From assembly GCA_965220745.1 (NCBI GenBank), contig CBDCQT010000005.1, positions 384,001-448,000 on the forward strand: 64,000 bases of DNA, in the 5' to 3' direction. The stretch comes from Alphaproteobacteria bacterium. Lineage in GTDB: Bacteria > Pseudomonadota > Alphaproteobacteria > UBA828. Below are positions 19,385 through 35,930 of this stretch, one piece after another; within the stretch, counting starts at the first letter, position 1; each line of letters starts with the position of its first letter. The notes beneath the pieces are model-generated. The model was not told the DNA's origin and searched no databases. It was given only the letters and a program-made list of their open reading frames with translations. Position numbers and translations under genes: made by a program.

Positions 19385-19756
19385 ATGCCGACGATCAACC
19401 AACTGATTCGCAAGCCGCGCACGGCGCCTGCCGCACGAAACAAGGTGCCGGCGCTGCAGGCCTGCCCGCAGAAACGCGGCGTGTGTACCAGGGTCTACAC
19501 GACGACGCCAAAGAAGCCGAACTCGGCGCTGCGCAAGGTCGCGCGCGTGCGGCTCACCAACGGATTCGAGGTGACCAGCTACATCCCCGGTGAGGGGCAC
19601 AATCTTCAGGAGCACTCGGTGGTGATGATTCGCGGCGGCCGGGTGAAGGACCTGCCGGGCGTGCGCTACCACATCATTCGCGGCTCGCTCGACACCCAGG
19701 GTATCCAGGACCGCCGCCAGCGGCGCTCCAAGTACGGCGCTAAACGGCCCAAATAG
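19385..19756 (+). CDS. rpsL: 30S ribosomal protein S12
   Basis: [32 protein letters not shown]. Confidence 0.99.
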   Translation: MPTINQLIRKPRTAPAARNKVPALQACPQKRGVCTRVYTTTPKKPNSALRKVARVRLTNGFEVTSYIPGEGHNLQEHSVVMIRGGRVKDLPGVRYHIIRGSLDTQGIQDRRQRRSKYGAKRPK

Positions 19757-19777
19757 AGAACAAGAAGGAGCCGTCCA

Positions 19778-20248
19778 GTGTCACGCCGTCGCGCCGCAGA
19801 GCGCCGAACCGTTAACCCCGACCCCCGCCACGGGGACGTGGTGCTGGCGAAGTTCATGAACTCGCTGATGCTCGACGGCAAGAAGTCGACAGCCGAGCGC
19901 ATCGTCTATGGCGCGCTCGACCGGATCAGGGAGAAGACCGGGCAAGACCCTGTCAGGGTCTTTCACGAGGCCCTCGACAACGTGAAGCCGGCGGTGGAGG
20001 TACGCTCGCGCCGCGTCGGCGGCGCCACCTACCAGGTGCCGACCGAGGTGCGGCCCGACCGGCGCCAGACGCTCGCCATTCGCTGGCTTATCGGCGCGAC
20101 CCGGGACCGCTCCGAGACCACGATGGTCGACCGGCTCAGCAACGAACTCCTCGACGCCGCGGGAAACCGCGGCGTCGCCGTTAAGAGGCGGGAAGACACA
20201 CACCGCATGGCCGAGGCCAACCGCGCCTTTTCGCATTACCGCTGGTAG
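19778..20248 (+). CDS. rpsG: 30S ribosomal protein S7
   Basis: [36 protein letters not shown]. Confidence 0.99.
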   Translation: MSRRRAAERRTVNPDPRHGDVVLAKFMNSLMLDGKKSTAERIVYGALDRIREKTGQDPVRVFHEALDNVKPAVEVRSRRVGGATYQVPTEVRPDRRQTLAIRWLIGATRDRSETTMVDRLSNELLDAAGNRGVAVKRREDTHRMAEANRAFSHYRW

Positions 20249-20273
20249 GCGTTGGCGTTCGCGGACAAGAACA

Positions 20274-22349
<2,076 letters not shown>

Positions 22350-22395
22350 TCGCGTGACCACGACCAAGATCAAGACCTCCTGAGAGAGAGCACCG

Positions 22396-23586
<1,191 letters not shown>

Positions 23587-23623
23587 ACCCAAACCGAGGC
23601 GGACAAGAGGCCGGGCACGCACG

Positions 23624-23938
<315 letters not shown>

Positions 23939-23947
23939 GAGGGCGTC

Positions 23948-24817
23948 ATGGCCGGCCAGGCGGCAGTGCGCAGGCGCACGGGCGTGATCACCGAGAAGCT
24001 CGGCATGTCCCGCGTCTTCAACGACGCCGGCGAGCACGTGCCGGTGACCGTGCTGCGCGTGGACGGTTGTCAGGTCATCGCCCAGCGGACGCCTGATGCG
24101 GGCGGTTATGTCGCGCTCCAGCTCGGCGCCGGTCGGGTCAAGGTCAAGAACACCCCGCGTGCACTGCGCGGTCACTTCGCCAAGGCAAAGGTCGAGCCCA
24201 AGCGCCACGTGGCCGAGTTTCGGGTGAGCGAGGACGCTTTGGTGGATGTGGGCGCCACGCTCGGCGCCGATCACTTCGCCGCCGGCCAATTCGTCGATGC
24301 GGTCGGCACCTCCATCGGCAAGGGCTTCGCCGGCGGCATGAAGCGGCACAATTTCTCGGGCCTGCGCGCGAGCCACGGCGTCTCCGTCTCGCACCGCTCC
24401 CACGGTTCGACCGGCCAGTGCCAGGATCCCGGCAAGGTCTTCAAGGGCAAGAAGATGGCGGGCCAGCTCGGGAACGCACGCGCGACCGTGCAGAACCTCC
24501 AGGTGGTGGCGACGGACGCGTCTCGGGGCCTGATCATGGTCAAGGGCGGCGTCCCCGGCCCGAAGGGCGGCGTCGTGCTGCTCTCCGACGCGAAGAAGCG
24601 CAGCCTGCCGGACGATGTACCGTTTCCTGCAGGGCTCTTCGTACAGCCGGAACCGGAGCCGGCAGACCCTGAGCCTGAGGAGGACGTTCCCGCCGCCGAG
24701 GCTGAGGACGAGACCGCTGATGATGACAGCGGCGAGCCCGCCGAGGCGCAGGAGGAGGACGGCGACGAGGCTGCCGCCGAGGACGTTGCAGAGGGTGACG
24801 AGGAGGAGTCCTCGTGA
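23948..24817 (+). CDS. rplC: 50S ribosomal protein L3 with long acidic C-terminal extension
   Basis: [42 protein letters not shown]. Confidence 0.98.
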   Translation: MAGQAAVRRRTGVITEKLGMSRVFNDAGEHVPVTVLRVDGCQVIAQRTPDAGGYVALQLGAGRVKVKNTPRALRGHFAKAKVEPKRHVAEFRVSEDALVDVGATLGADHFAAGQFVDAVGTSIGKGFAGGMKRHNFSGLRASHGVSVSHRSHGSTGQCQDPGKVFKGKKMAGQLGNARATVQNLQVVATDASRGLIMVKGGVPGPKGGVVLLSDAKKRSLPDDVPFPAGLFVQPEPEPADPEPEEDVPAAEAEDETADDDSGEPAEAQEEDGDEAAAEDVAEGDEEESS

Positions 24818-25434
24818 AGGTCGACGTCATCGACTTCAAGGCCAAGCGCGTCGGCGAGATCGAGCTCGCGGACGAGGTGTTCGGCGTGCCCGTGCGGCCC
24901 GACCTGATGCAACGCACCGTGCGCTGGCAGCTCGCCAAGCGCCGCGCTGGCACGCACAAGACCAAGTCGGTGGCGGAGATCCGCGGGTCGACGCGCAAGC
25001 CCTTCAAGCAGAAGGGCACGGGCCGCGCCCGCGCGGGCTCTCGCCGCGCAGCGCACCATCGGGGCGGCGTGGCGATCTTCGGTCCCGTGCTGCGCGACCA
25101 CGCCCACAAGCTGCCCAAGAAGGTGCGCAAGCTCGCGCTCAAGTCCGCGCTCTCCAGCAAGCGGGCGGACGGCAAGCTCTCGATCGTGGAATCCCTCGAC
25201 CTCGGCTCGGCCAAGACCAGGGTGCTGGCCAATCGTATCGCGCGCCTCGGCTGGTCGTCTGCGCTGGTTATCGACGGCGACGAGATCGATGCCGGCTTCG
25301 CCCAGGCGGCCCGCAATCTGACCGGAATTCAGGTGCTCCCGCAGCTGGGCGCCAACGTCTACGACATCCTCCGCCGCGACCACCTGGTGCTGACCCGGAG
25401 CGCGGTGGAAAGCCTGCAAGCGAGGCTCGCATGA
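24814..25434 (+). CDS. rplD: 50S ribosomal protein L4
   Basis: [31 protein letters not shown]. Confidence 0.98.
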   Translation: MKVDVIDFKAKRVGEIELADEVFGVPVRPDLMQRTVRWQLAKRRAGTHKTKSVAEIRGSTRKPFKQKGTGRARAGSRRAAHHRGGVAIFGPVLRDHAHKLPKKVRKLALKSALSSKRADGKLSIVESLDLGSAKTRVLANRIARLGWSSALVIDGDEIDAGFAQAARNLTGIQVLPQLGANVYDILRRDHLVLTRSAVESLQARLA

Positions 25435-25736
25435 GCGTCGAGCCCAAAGAGCACTGGTACGACACGATTCTCGGTCCAGTCGTGACCGAGAAGTCGACTC
25501 AGGGCTCGATGTACAACCAGGTCACCTTCAAGGTGCGCACCGACGCGACCAAGCCTCAGATCAAGGAAGCCGTGGAAGGGCTGTTCGAGGTCAAGGTGAG
25601 GAAGGTCAACACCAGCATGGTCAAGGGCAAGGTCAAGCGCGGCCCTCGCGGCCGGCTGGGCAAGCGTTCGGATTGGAAGAAGGCGACGGTTTCGCTCGGC
25701 GAAGGCGATACCATCGACGTGATGACCGGGCTCTAG
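25431..25736 (+). CDS. rplW: 50S ribosomal protein L23
   Basis: [28 protein letters not shown]; ATG 25431. Confidence 0.96.
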   Translation: MSVEPKEHWYDTILGPVVTEKSTQGSMYNQVTFKVRTDATKPQIKEAVEGLFEVKVRKVNTSMVKGKVKRGPRGRLGKRSDWKKATVSLGEGDTIDVMTGL

Positions 25737-25739
25737 GCG

Positions 25740-26567
25740 ATGGCACTCAAGAACTACAAGCCGACCACGCCGGGGCGCCGCCAGCTCATTCTGGTGGACC
25801 GCTCCGACCTCTGGAAGGGGAAGCCGGTCAAGAAGCTGACCGAAGGATTGAGCCAGAAGGGCGGGCGCAACAGCGACGGCCGCATCACCATGCGCCATCG
25901 CGGGGGCGGGCATAAGCGCCGCTACCGCAAGATCGACTTCAAGCGGCGCAAATTCGATGTGCCGGCGACCGTGGAGCGGCTCGAGTACGACCCCAACCGC
26001 TCGGCCTTCATCGCGCTGATCCGCTACGAAGACGGCGAACAGGCCTACATCCTCGCCCCGCAGCGGGTCTCACCGGGCGACAAGGTGGTTTCCGGCGACC
26101 GCTGCGACATCAAGCCCGGCAACGCGATGCCGATGAGCAACATTCCCGTCGGCACGATCATCCACAATGTCGAGATGAAGCCGGGGAAGGGCGGCCAGAT
26201 CGCGCGCTCCGCCGGCAACTACGTGCAGCTGGTCGGCAAGGATCAGGGCTACGCTCAGCTCAGACTGCCGTCGGGCGAGCAGCGTATCGTCCATGGCCGA
26301 TGTATGGCCACCATCGGCGCAGTCTCCAACCCGGACAATCAGAACACCAACCAGGGCAAAGCCGGCCGCATGCGCTGGCAAGGCCGGCGCCCCAAGGTGC
26401 GCGGCGTCGCCATGAACCCGGTGGACCATCCCCACGGCGGCGGCGAGGGCAAGTCCTCCGGCGGGCGGCATCCGGTCACTCCCTGGGGCGTGCCCACCAA
26501 GGGCAAGCGCACGCGCAGCAACAAGAGAACCGACCGCTTCATCATGCGGCGTCGGGGCAAGAAGTAG
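25740..26567 (+). CDS. rplB: 50S ribosomal protein L2
   Basis: [29 protein letters not shown]. Confidence 0.99.
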   Translation: MALKNYKPTTPGRRQLILVDRSDLWKGKPVKKLTEGLSQKGGRNSDGRITMRHRGGGHKRRYRKIDFKRRKFDVPATVERLEYDPNRSAFIALIRYEDGEQAYILAPQRVSPGDKVVSGDRCDIKPGNAMPMSNIPVGTIIHNVEMKPGKGGQIARSAGNYVQLVGKDQGYAQLRLPSGEQRIVHGRCMATIGAVSNPDNQNTNQGKAGRMRWQGRRPKVRGVAMNPVDHPHGGGEGKSSGGRHPVTPWGVPTKGKRTRSNKRTDRFIMRRRGKK

Positions 26568-26582
26568 GGCAGGGGACAGTCT

Positions 26583-26861
26583 ATGGCGCGTTCCGTATGG
26601 AAAGGCCCCTTCGTCGACGGCTATCTTCTCAAGAAGGCCGAAGAGGCGCGGGCGACAGGCCGCAAGGACATCATCCGCACCTGGTCGCGGCGCTCGACCA
26701 TCCTGCCGCAGTTCGTGGGCCTCACCTTCGGCGTCTACAACGGGCGCAAATTCCTGCCCGTGCTGGTCAACGAGAACATGGTCGGCCACAAGTTCGGCGA
26801 GTTCTCGCCGACGCGGGTCTTCCACGGTCATGCCGGCGACAAGAGGGCACGGCGGGGCTGA
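26583..26861 (+). CDS. rpsS: 30S ribosomal protein S19
   Basis: [33 protein letters not shown]. Confidence 0.99.
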   Translation: MARSVWKGPFVDGYLLKKAEEARATGRKDIIRTWSRRSTILPQFVGLTFGVYNGRKFLPVLVNENMVGHKFGEFSPTRVFHGHAGDKRARRG

Positions 26862-26863
26862 TC

Positions 26864-27244
26864 ATGGGCAAGACCGCACGATCCCGGCGGCTCGGTGAGA
26901 CCGAAGCCCAGGCGGTGATCCGGAACCTCCGGATCAGCCCGCAGAAGCTCGGCCTTGTCACCGAGACCATCCGCGGGCGTCCGGTGGGCGAGGCGCTGAT
27001 CACGCTGGCGCATTCGCGCCGCCGCATCGCCGGCGACGTGCGCAAGTGCCTGCAGTCGGCGATCGCGAACGCGGAAAACAATCACGAGCTGGATGTGGAC
27101 CGGCTCGTGGTCGCCGAAGCGACGGTCGGCAAGGGTTTGGTGATGAAGCGCTGGCGGCCCCGTGCACGCGGCCGGGTCGGGCGCGTGATGAAGCCGTTCA
27201 GCCATCTCACCATCGTGGTGCGCGAACGCGCCAAGGGGGCCTGA
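26864..27244 (+). CDS. rplV: 50S ribosomal protein L22
   Basis: [26 protein letters not shown]. Confidence 0.97.
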   Translation: MGKTARSRRLGETEAQAVIRNLRISPQKLGLVTETIRGRPVGEALITLAHSRRRIAGDVRKCLQSAIANAENNHELDVDRLVVAEATVGKGLVMKRWRPRARGRVGRVMKPFSHLTIVVRERAKGA

Positions 27245-27921
27245 TGGGTCAGAAGGTCAATCCCGTCGGGCTGCGTCTCGGCATCAACCGTACCTGGGAT
27301 TCGCGCTGGTATGCCGACGACGACTATGCCCAGCTACTGCACGAGGACCTGCAGATCCGCAATTTCCTGTTCGATCGGCTGAACCAGGCGGGTATCGGGC
27401 GTATCGTCATCGAGCGCCCCGCCAAGAAGGCACGGATCACCATCCATACAGCCCGGCCGGGCGTCGTGATCGGCAAGAAGGGTGCTGACATCGAGCGGCT
27501 GCGTACCGACATCACCAAGATGACGGGAAGCGACGTTCATCTGAACATCGTCGAGATCCGCAAGCCCGAGATTGAGGCCAAGCTGGTGGCCGAGAACATC
27601 GCCCAGCAGCTCGTGCGACGCGTGGCGTTCCGACGGGCCATGAAACGGGCGGTGCAGTCCGCGATCAGGCTCGGCGCGCAGGGCATCCGCATCAACTGCG
27701 GCGGCAGGCTGGGCGGGGCCGAGATTGCGCGGACCGAGTGGTACCGCGAGGGCCGCGTGCCGCTCCACACGCTCCGGGCCGATGTGGACTTCGGGCTCGC
27801 CACGGCGCGCACGGCCTACGGCACTTGCGGTGTCAAAGTCTGGGTGTTCAAGGGCGAGATCATGGCGCACGACCCCATGGCGCAGGACAAGCGCGCCATG
27901 GAGCAGGCCACGCCCCGCTAG
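27244..27921 (+). CDS. rpsC: 30S ribosomal protein S3
   Basis: [33 protein letters not shown]. Confidence 0.98.
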   Translation: MGQKVNPVGLRLGINRTWDSRWYADDDYAQLLHEDLQIRNFLFDRLNQAGIGRIVIERPAKKARITIHTARPGVVIGKKGADIERLRTDITKMTGSDVHLNIVEIRKPEIEAKLVAENIAQQLVRRVAFRRAMKRAVQSAIRLGAQGIRINCGGRLGGAEIARTEWYREGRVPLHTLRADVDFGLATARTAYGTCGVKVWVFKGEIMAHDPMAQDKRAMEQATPR

Positions 27922-27948
27922 GGCCGGACGGGGACCGGGGACCGGATC

Positions 27949-28371
27949 ATGCAGCAGCCGAAATCCACCAAGTACCGCAAGGCCCACAAGGGCCGCATCC
28001 ACGGCAAGGCCAAGGGTGGCTCGCAGCTCAATTTCGGCGCCTACGGGCTCAAGGCGATCACGCCCGGCCGCATCACGGCACGCGAGATCGAGGCCGGCCG
28101 GCGCACCATCACGAGGCACATGAAACGTGCCGGCAAGATCTGGATCCGCATCTTCCCGGACGTGCCGGTCTCGACCAAGCCCGCCGAGGTGCGCATGGGC
28201 AAGGGCAAGGGCACGCCGGAATACTGGGTCGCCAAGGTGAAGCCCGGGCGCATCATGTTCGAGGTGGACGGCGTGCCGCGCGCGGTGGCGGAAGAGGCGT
28301 TCCGCCGTGCGTCCGCGAAGTTCAGGGTGCAGACCAGGGTCGTGACCCGGCTCGGCGAAGGGGCGTCCTGA
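27949..28371 (+). CDS. rplP: 50S ribosomal protein L16
   Basis: [23 protein letters not shown]. Confidence 0.98.
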   Translation: MQQPKSTKYRKAHKGRIHGKAKGGSQLNFGAYGLKAITPGRITAREIEAGRRTITRHMKRAGKIWIRIFPDVPVSTKPAEVRMGKGKGTPEYWVAKVKPGRIMFEVDGVPRAVAEEAFRRASAKFRVQTRVVTRLGEGAS

Positions 28372-28577
28372 TGAACGGTGTCGAAGTCCGCCTCAAGACC
28401 GACGACGAGCTCAAGACGATGCTGCTCGCGTTGAAGAAGGAGGCGTTCAACCTGCGCTTTCAGCGGGCCTCCGGCCAGCTCGAGAACACCGCGCGCATGC
28501 GCGCCGTGAGGCGCGACGTGGCTCGCATCAAGACGATCGTTGCCGAGCGCAAGCGCGCTGCCGGCGGCGAAGCCTGA
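28371..28577 (+). CDS. rpmC: 50S ribosomal protein L29
   Basis: [28 protein letters not shown]; TGATG overlap. Confidence 0.95.
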   Translation: MNGVEVRLKTDDELKTMLLALKKEAFNLRFQRASGQLENTARMRAVRRDVARIKTIVAERKRAAGGEA

Positions 28578-28608
28578 GGATCTGGGAGATGGGTGAAGGA
28601 GAGCTGGC

Positions 28609-28857
28609 ATGCCGCGCCGTGTAATGCGGGGAACCGTGGTCGGCGACAAGGCGGACAAGACCGTCGTCGTCCGCGTCGACCGCCGCGTCATGCATCCGCT
28701 CTACAAGAAGGTCGTACGCCGCTCCAAGCGCTACACCGCGCATGACGACGGCAACAGTCACAAGGTCGGCGACATCGTGCAAATTCGCGAGTGCGCCCCC
28801 ATCTCCAAGCGCAAGCGCTGGATCGTGCTCGACGATGCCGGCGCCGAGCAGGGCTGA
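28609..28857 (+). CDS. rpsQ: 30S ribosomal protein S17
   Basis: [23 protein letters not shown]. Confidence 0.97.
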   Translation: MPRRVMRGTVVGDKADKTVVVRVDRRVMHPLYKKVVRRSKRYTAHDDGNSHKVGDIVQIRECAPISKRKRWIVLDDAGAEQG

Positions 28858-28890
28858 ACGGCGCGGTAGAGAGCGGAAGGGTCGAGTGAC

Positions 28891-29259
28891 ATGATTCAGA
28901 TGCAGACGAATCTGGATGTCGCCGACAATTCCGGTGCGAGACGCGTGCAGTGCGTGAAGGTGCTGGGCGGGTCGAAGCGCAAGACCGCGTCGGTGGGCGA
29001 TACGATCGTGGTTACGGTCAAGGAAGCGATTCCGCGCGGCAAGGTGCGCAAGGGCGAGCTTCACCGCGCCGTCATCGTGCGCACCGCCAAGGAAATCAGG
29101 CGCCCGGACGGCAGCGCGATCCGCTTCGACCGCAATGCGGCCGTCCTCATCACCGCCCAGGGGGAGCCGATCGGCACCCGCATCTTTGGGCCGGTGACCC
29201 GCGAGCTCCGTCAGCGCCGGTACATGAAGATCATCTCACTCGCGCCCGAAGTGCTGTAG
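28891..29259 (+). CDS. rplN: 50S ribosomal protein L14
   Basis: [25 protein letters not shown]. Confidence 0.99.
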   Translation: MIQMQTNLDVADNSGARRVQCVKVLGGSKRKTASVGDTIVVTVKEAIPRGKVRKGELHRAVIVRTAKEIRRPDGSAIRFDRNAAVLITAQGEPIGTRIFGPVTRELRQRRYMKIISLAPEVL

Positions 29260-29265
29260 GCCGCC

Positions 29266-29589
29266 ATGCGCAAGCGAAAGATACGCAAGGATGACGAGGT
29301 CATCGTCCTGACCGGGCGAGACAAGGGCAAGCGCGGCGCCGTGCTTCGGATCATCACCAAGACCGACCGCGTTCTCGTCGAGGGCGTCAACGTGACCAAG
29401 CGCCACGTCAAGCCGACTCAGGGCGATCCGCAGGGCGGTATTGTCGAACGCGAGGCGCCGATCCATATATCGAACGTGGCGCTGGTCGATCCCGAGAGCG
29501 ATCGGCCGACCCGGGCGCGCTACAAGAATCTCGAGGACGGGCGCAAGGTGCGCGTCGCCGCCCGCTCGGGGGAAGTGATCGATGTCTGA
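29266..29589 (+). CDS. rplX: 50S ribosomal protein L24
   Basis: KOW motif [22 protein letters not shown]. Confidence 0.97.
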   Translation: MRKRKIRKDDEVIVLTGRDKGKRGAVLRIITKTDRVLVEGVNVTKRHVKPTQGDPQGGIVEREAPIHISNVALVDPESDRPTRARYKNLEDGRKVRVAARSGEVIDV

Positions 29590-30178
29590 AGCGAACGGCC
29601 AGAACGGCGGCCAGGTGAACGGCGAGGCGAAGGGCCCGAGCCGGCTGAAATTGCTCTACGAGAGCGAGATCAGGCCCGGTCTGATGCAGCAGTTCGGCTA
29701 CACCAACATCATGCAGGCGCCGAAGCTGGACAAGATCGTGATCAATATGGGCGTCGGCGAAGGGGCCACGGACAACAAGAAGATCGATGCCGCGGTTCAG
29801 GACATGACGCTGATCGCGGGCCAGAAGCCGATCGTCACCAGGGCGCGCAAGTCGGTCGCCGCATTCAAGGTGCGCACCGGGATGCAGGTCGGCTGCAAGA
29901 CCACGCTCCGACGGGAGCGGATGTACGAGTTCCTCGACCGGCTGGTGACGATTGCGCTGCCGCGGGTGCGCGACTTTCGCGGCCTGTCGGCCCGCGCCTT
30001 CGACGGCCGGGGCAACTACGCATTAGGCCTCAAGGAGCAGATCATCTTTCCCGAGATCGACTACGACAAGGTCGATCAGGTGCGTGGGTTGAATGTCGTC
30101 ATTTGCACGACGGCGAGGACCGATGACGAGGGCCGGGCGCTACTCGCCGGCTTTCAGATGCCGTTCGTCGGCCAGTAA
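29582..30178 (+). CDS. rplE: 50S ribosomal protein L5
   Basis: [35 protein letters not shown]. Confidence 0.98.
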   Translation: MSEANGQNGGQVNGEAKGPSRLKLLYESEIRPGLMQQFGYTNIMQAPKLDKIVINMGVGEGATDNKKIDAAVQDMTLIAGQKPIVTRARKSVAAFKVRTGMQVGCKTTLRRERMYEFLDRLVTIALPRVRDFRGLSARAFDGRGNYALGLKEQIIFPEIDYDKVDQVRGLNVVICTTARTDDEGRALLAGFQMPFVGQ

Positions 30179-30200
30179 GGGCAGAGGGCCAGGCTGAGAG

Positions 30201-30506
30201 ATGGCGAAAAAGAGCACGATCGAGAAGAACAAGCGGCGCCAGCGGATGGCGAAGCGGGATGCGGCCAAGCGGGCGGATCTGCGCGCCATCGTGCGCGACC
30301 GTTCGCTGCCGGCGGAAGAGCGCTTCGCGGCGCAGCTCAAGCTCGCAAAGCTGCCGCGCAACGGCGCGCAGGTGCGGGTGCGGAACCGCTGCGGGCTGAC
30401 CGGCCGGCCGCGCGGCAACTACCGCAAGTTCGGGCTCTCGCGCATCGCTCTGAGGGAACTCGCCTCGGCGGGCCAGGTGCCCGGCATGGTCAAATCGAGC
30501 TGGTGA
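30201..30506 (+). CDS. rpsN: 30S ribosomal protein S14 (long, Zn-free type)
   Basis: [29 protein letters not shown]. Confidence 0.98.
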   Translation: MAKKSTIEKNKRRQRMAKRDAAKRADLRAIVRDRSLPAEERFAAQLKLAKLPRNGAQVRVRNRCGLTGRPRGNYRKFGLSRIALRELASAGQVPGMVKSSW

Positions 30507-30516
30507 GGCGCAGGCC

Positions 30517-30912
30517 ATGATGACCGACCCCCTGGCGGACATGCTGACCCGTATTCGGAACGGGCAGCAGGCACGCAAGTCCGCTGTTCTGTCGCCGGCG
30601 TCCAAGCTGCGCGCTGGCGTGCTCGACGTGCTTCAGCGGGAAGGCTACATCCGCGGCTACTCGGCGGCGGAGTCGGACACCGGCAAGCCGGCGTTCTCGA
30701 TCGAGCTCAAGTACCAGGAAGGCCGCCCGGTGATCGCCGAGCTCCATCGGGTGTCGAAGCCCGGACGGCGGGTCTATTCGGGCATCAAGGACCTGCCGCG
30801 ATACTACGGCGGCCTCGGAATCTCCATTCTGTCGACGCCGCGCGGCGTGCTCTCGGACAACGAGGCGCGCCAGCAGAACGTCGGCGGCGAAGTGCTCTGC
30901 CGGGTGTTCTGA
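30517..30912 (+). CDS. rpsH: 30S ribosomal protein S8
   Basis: [31 protein letters not shown]. Confidence 0.98.
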   Translation: MMTDPLADMLTRIRNGQQARKSAVLSPASKLRAGVLDVLQREGYIRGYSAAESDTGKPAFSIELKYQEGRPVIAELHRVSKPGRRVYSGIKDLPRYYGGLGISILSTPRGVLSDNEARQQNVGGEVLCRVF

Positions 30913-30913
30913 G

Positions 30914-31447
30914 ATGTCCCGCGTCGGCAAGAATCCGGTTCCCGTACCCGACGGCGTCGAGGTGACGATCGACGGCACTGCGGTCGCAGTGAGCGGCAAG
31001 CTGGGCCGCCTCGAGGCCACCATCGCGTCCGAAGTGAGCGCCGTGCTCGAAGGCGGCCAGGTCTCGGTCACGCCGCGCGGGGACGACAAGCGCTCGCGTC
31101 AGTTGTGGGGGCTGACCCGGAGCATCATCAACAACATGGTCGTTGGTGTGAGCCAGGGCTTCCACAGGGACCTGCAGATCGAGGGCGTCGGCTACCGGGC
31201 CGCGGTCGAAGGCCGCACTCTGACGCTCGATCTCGGCTACAGCCACCGGATCCGCTACCCCATTCCCGATGGCATCGAGATCGCGTGCGAGCGGCCGACG
31301 GCGATCAGGGTCGCCGGCTATGACCGCCAGGCGGTCGGCCAGGTCGCCGCCGAGATACGTGCCTTCCGCAAGCCCGAGCCATACAAGGGCAAGGGTATCC
31401 GCTATGTCGGCGAGTACGTCCGACGCAAGGAGGGCAAGAAGAAGTAA
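30914..31447 (+). CDS. rplF: 50S ribosomal protein L6
   Basis: [25 protein letters not shown]. Confidence 0.98.
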   Translation: MSRVGKNPVPVPDGVEVTIDGTAVAVSGKLGRLEATIASEVSAVLEGGQVSVTPRGDDKRSRQLWGLTRSIINNMVVGVSQGFHRDLQIEGVGYRAAVEGRTLTLDLGYSHRIRYPIPDGIEIACERPTAIRVAGYDRQAVGQVAAEIRAFRKPEPYKGKGIRYVGEYVRRKEGKKK

Positions 31448-31449
31448 CC

Positions 31450-31800
31450 ATGAGCAGGACCGACTTCGATAAGCGCAAGCAACGGGTGCGGTTCAGGCTG
31501 CAGGCAGCCGCCGGCGGCAGGCCGCGACTCTCGGTCTTCCGCTCCAACCGCCACATTTACGCCCAACTCATCGACGATGGAGAGGGCAGGACCGTGGCTG
31601 CCGCATCGACGATGGAAGGTGCGCTGCGCAGCCAGAATGGGGCGGACCGCGAGGCCGCGGGCCGTGTCGGCGCACTCATTGCCGAGCGTGCGCTGGCGGC
31701 CGGGCACAAGGAGGTCGTGTTCGACCGTGGCGGATACCAGTATCACGGGCGCGTGAAAGCGCTCGCCGAGGCGGCCCGCGAAGGCGGCCTCTCTTTCTAG
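31450..31800 (+). CDS. rplR: 50S ribosomal protein L18
   Basis: [32 protein letters not shown]. Confidence 0.98.
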   Translation: MSRTDFDKRKQRVRFRLQAAAGGRPRLSVFRSNRHIYAQLIDDGEGRTVAAASTMEGALRSQNGADREAAGRVGALIAERALAAGHKEVVFDRGGYQYHGRVKALAEAAREGGLSF

Positions 31801-31815
31801 GAGGAAGGGCCCGGT

Positions 31816-32400
31816 ATGGCACGACCAGGCATGGAGCGGGATCGAGATCGGGATCGCGGCGGTCGCGGACGTGACCGCGAAGAGCCCGAGCTTCTGGACA
31901 AGCTGGTCAGCATCAACCGCGTCGCCAAGGTGGTGAAGGGCGGCCGGCGCTTCGGCTTCTCGGCGCTCGTCGTGGTCGGCGACCAGCGCGGGCGCGTCGG
32001 CGGCGGCTCGGGCAAGGCGCGGGAAGTGCCGGAGGCCATCCGCAAGGCCACCGAGCAGGCCCGGCGCCGCATGGTCCGCGTGCCGCTTCGCGAGGGGCGC
32101 ACACTTCATCACGACGTTCAGGGCCGCTTCGGCGCGGGCAAGGTGATCATCCGCGCAGCGCCACCCGGCACCGGCATCATCGCTGGCGGGCCGATGCGCG
32201 CCGTGTTCGAGATGCTGGGCGTGAAAGACGTGGTCGCCAAGTCGGTGGGCACGTCGAACCCGCAGAACATGGTCAAGGCGACCTTCGATGCGCTCGGGCG
32301 CTGTCACTCTCCGCGCGCCGTGGCCGCCAAGCGCAACCGCACGGTGGGCCAGATCTTCGGCCAGAGCGACTCCGCCAAGGAGCAGAGGGAGCAGGCGTAG
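31816..32400 (+). CDS. rpsE: 30S ribosomal protein S5
   Basis: [24 protein letters not shown]. Confidence 0.98.
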   Translation: MARPGMERDRDRDRGGRGRDREEPELLDKLVSINRVAKVVKGGRRFGFSALVVVGDQRGRVGGGSGKAREVPEAIRKATEQARRRMVRVPLREGRTLHHDVQGRFGAGKVIIRAAPPGTGIIAGGPMRAVFEMLGVKDVVAKSVGTSNPQNMVKATFDALGRCHSPRAVAAKRNRTVGQIFGQSDSAKEQREQA

Positions 32401-32403
32401 GCC

Positions 32404-32625
32404 ATGGTACGGAGCAAGAAGGCCGCGGCGGCGCCCAAGGTGCGGGTGACCCAGATCGGCAGCCCTATCGGCCGGCCGGCGAACCAGCGCGCCACCCTGG
32501 TGGGCCTCGGCCTGAACAAGATGCACCGGAGCCGCGTGCTCGAGGACACGCCCTCGGTGCGCGGCATGATCGACAAGATTCCGCACCTCGTGCGGGCCGA
32601 GCCGGTGGACGCGGAGGCTGAGTGA
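32404..32625 (+). CDS. rpmD: 50S ribosomal protein L30
   Basis: [28 protein letters not shown]. Confidence 0.96.
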   Translation: MVRSKKAAAAPKVRVTQIGSPIGRPANQRATLVGLGLNKMHRSRVLEDTPSVRGMIDKIPHLVRAEPVDAEAE

Positions 32626-33128
32626 TGAGGCTGAACGAACTCGCTGACCGCGCCGGCGCGTCCAAGAAGGGGCGCAGGCTCGGGCGGGGCATCGGCTCAG
32701 GCCGCGGCAAGACCTCGGGACGCGGCCACAAGGGCCAGAAGTCGCGGGCCGGCGTTGCCCTCAAGGGCTTCGAGGGCGGCCAGATGCCGCTCTATCGGCG
32801 CCTGCCCAAGCGGGGCTTCACCAACGCCCGCTTCCGCAAGACCTTCGAGACCGTCAACATCGGGCGCTTGCAGGAGGCGATCGAGAGCGGGCGGATCGAC
32901 GCGGGCGCTCCCGTGACCGAGGCCGCACTGGCTGCGGCCGGGCTCACGCGCGGGCGGCACGGCGTGCGTCTGCTCGCCAAGGGCCGGATCGAGAGCGCCG
33001 TCACCGTAGAGGTCACGGGCGCGTCGAAGGCGGCCATCGCCGCGGTCGGGGCGGCCGGCGGCTCGGTGACCCTGAGCGGGGCGGTTGAGGCCGAGAAAGC
33101 GGCCGAGGAAACGGCAGAGGACGCCTAA
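32625..33128 (+). CDS. rplO: 50S ribosomal protein L15
   Basis: [36 protein letters not shown]. Confidence 0.98.
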   Translation: MRLNELADRAGASKKGRRLGRGIGSGRGKTSGRGHKGQKSRAGVALKGFEGGQMPLYRRLPKRGFTNARFRKTFETVNIGRLQEAIESGRIDAGAPVTEAALAAAGLTRGRHGVRLLAKGRIESAVTVEVTGASKAAIAAVGAAGGSVTLSGAVEAEKAAEETAEDA

Positions 33129-33133
33129 CGAAC

Positions 33134-34473
<1,340 letters not shown>

Positions 34474-34477
<4 letters not shown>

Positions 34478-35121
34478 ACCTGATCCTTCTCGGCCCACCG
34501 GGGGCGGGCAAGGGCACGCAGGCGCAGCGGCTGGTCGAGCGTTTCGGCATTGTCCAGCTTTCCACGGGCGACATGCTGCGGGCGGCGGTGAAAGCCGGCA
34601 CGGCGCTCGGAACCCAGGCCAAGGTGATCATGGAGGCAGGCGAGCTGGTGCCGGACGCGCTCATGGTCGCCCTGATTGCGGAGCGCATCGATGAGCCGGA
34701 CTGCGCCAACGGCTTCATCCTCGACGGGTTCCCGCGCACGGTGGCGCAGGCCGACGCGCTGGATCGCATGCTGGCCGAGCGAGAGCTCGCGCTCGACAGA
34801 GTGGTCGCCATGGAGGTCGACGAGGAGGCGCTGATCGAGCGTATCGTCGGCCGCTTCTCCTGCGCCGACTGCGGCGCCGGCTACCACGACCAGTTCAAAC
34901 GGCCGAGGCAAGAGGGCGTCTGCGACCACTGCGGCAGCAGAAATTTCACGCGCCGGGCGGACGACAACCGCGAGACCATGATCGCGCGCCTTGCCGCCTA
35001 CCACGAGCAGACGGCGCCGATCATCCCGCACTACGAGGCCGGCGGCCGCTTCGCCCGGGTCGATGGCTCCGGCGGAATAGACACCATCACGGCGGCCATC
35101 GTCGCCGCTCTTCAGGACTGA
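34474..35121 (+). CDS. adk: Adenylate kinase (4-Cys LID)
   Basis: TTG start overlapping the secY TGA; LLGPPGAGKGTQA, STGDMLR, GFILDGFPRT, CADC..CDHC, RADDN. Confidence 0.97.
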
Positions 35122-35164
35122 GGCGCAGCGCGGGCCGCCGCCCGCGCCCGGCGCTGCCGTTGCC

Positions 35165-35851
35165 ATGCCCCGCAAGAGACTGACGCATTTGAAAGCGCGG
35201 CGCGCGATCATCGACGCCGCCCTCAAGACCGACAAAATTGGCCTCAATCACGGGACCGCGGGCAACATCGGATTCCGGGTGGGCGAGAGGTTCCTGGTTA
35301 CGCCCTCCGGCCTCTATTACGACACGATGACGCCCGCCGACATCGTCGAGATGGATTTCGGCGGCCGCCAGTGGGGTGCGCGAATCCCCACCAGCGAATG
35401 GCGCTTCCACCGCGATATCTTCGCCTCGCGGCCGGATGTAAACGCGATCCTTCACAGTCATTCGGTTCATTGCACCGCGCTCGCCGTGCACGGCATGGAG
35501 ATTCCGGCTGTTCACTACATGGTAGGAACCGCGGGAGGCACAACCATCCGCTGCGCGCCCTACCGCACGCCCACGACCCAGGCGCTCTCCGACGTCGCCG
35601 TCGAGGCGCTCAAGGATCGGCGCGCCTGCCTGCTACAAAATCACGGCGCCATCGTCCTGGGTGAGACGCCGGATGACTGCGTCAACCTGCTCGTCGAGGT
35701 CGAGTATCTGGCGGAGCTCTACTGCCGCACGCTGGCCATCGGCGCTGCCACTGGCAATGACCCGAAGATCATCTCACAGCGCAAGATGGCCGAGGTGCTG
35801 GAAATGTTGAAGACCTACGGCCAGCAGCCGGACCCCGACAGCGCGGGGTAG
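35165..35851 (+). CDS. Class II aldolase/adducin family protein (FucA/Ald2-like)
   Basis: GTAGNI, VTPSG, PTSEWRFH, ILHSHS, LLQNHG Zn-binding motifs. Confidence 0.88.
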   Translation: MPRKRLTHLKARRAIIDAALKTDKIGLNHGTAGNIGFRVGERFLVTPSGLYYDTMTPADIVEMDFGGRQWGARIPTSEWRFHRDIFASRPDVNAILHSHSVHCTALAVHGMEIPAVHYMVGTAGGTTIRCAPYRTPTTQALSDVAVEALKDRRACLLQNHGAIVLGETPDDCVNLLVEVEYLAELYCRTLAIGAATGNDPKIISQRKMAEVLEMLKTYGQQPDPDSAG

Positions 35852-35930
35852 GGGGCGAAGGCCCAACCGACGGCGCCCGCCCGTCACCGCCGATCAGACC
35901 GTTTGCCCACCGTCCTGCCGCGAGGGAGTC

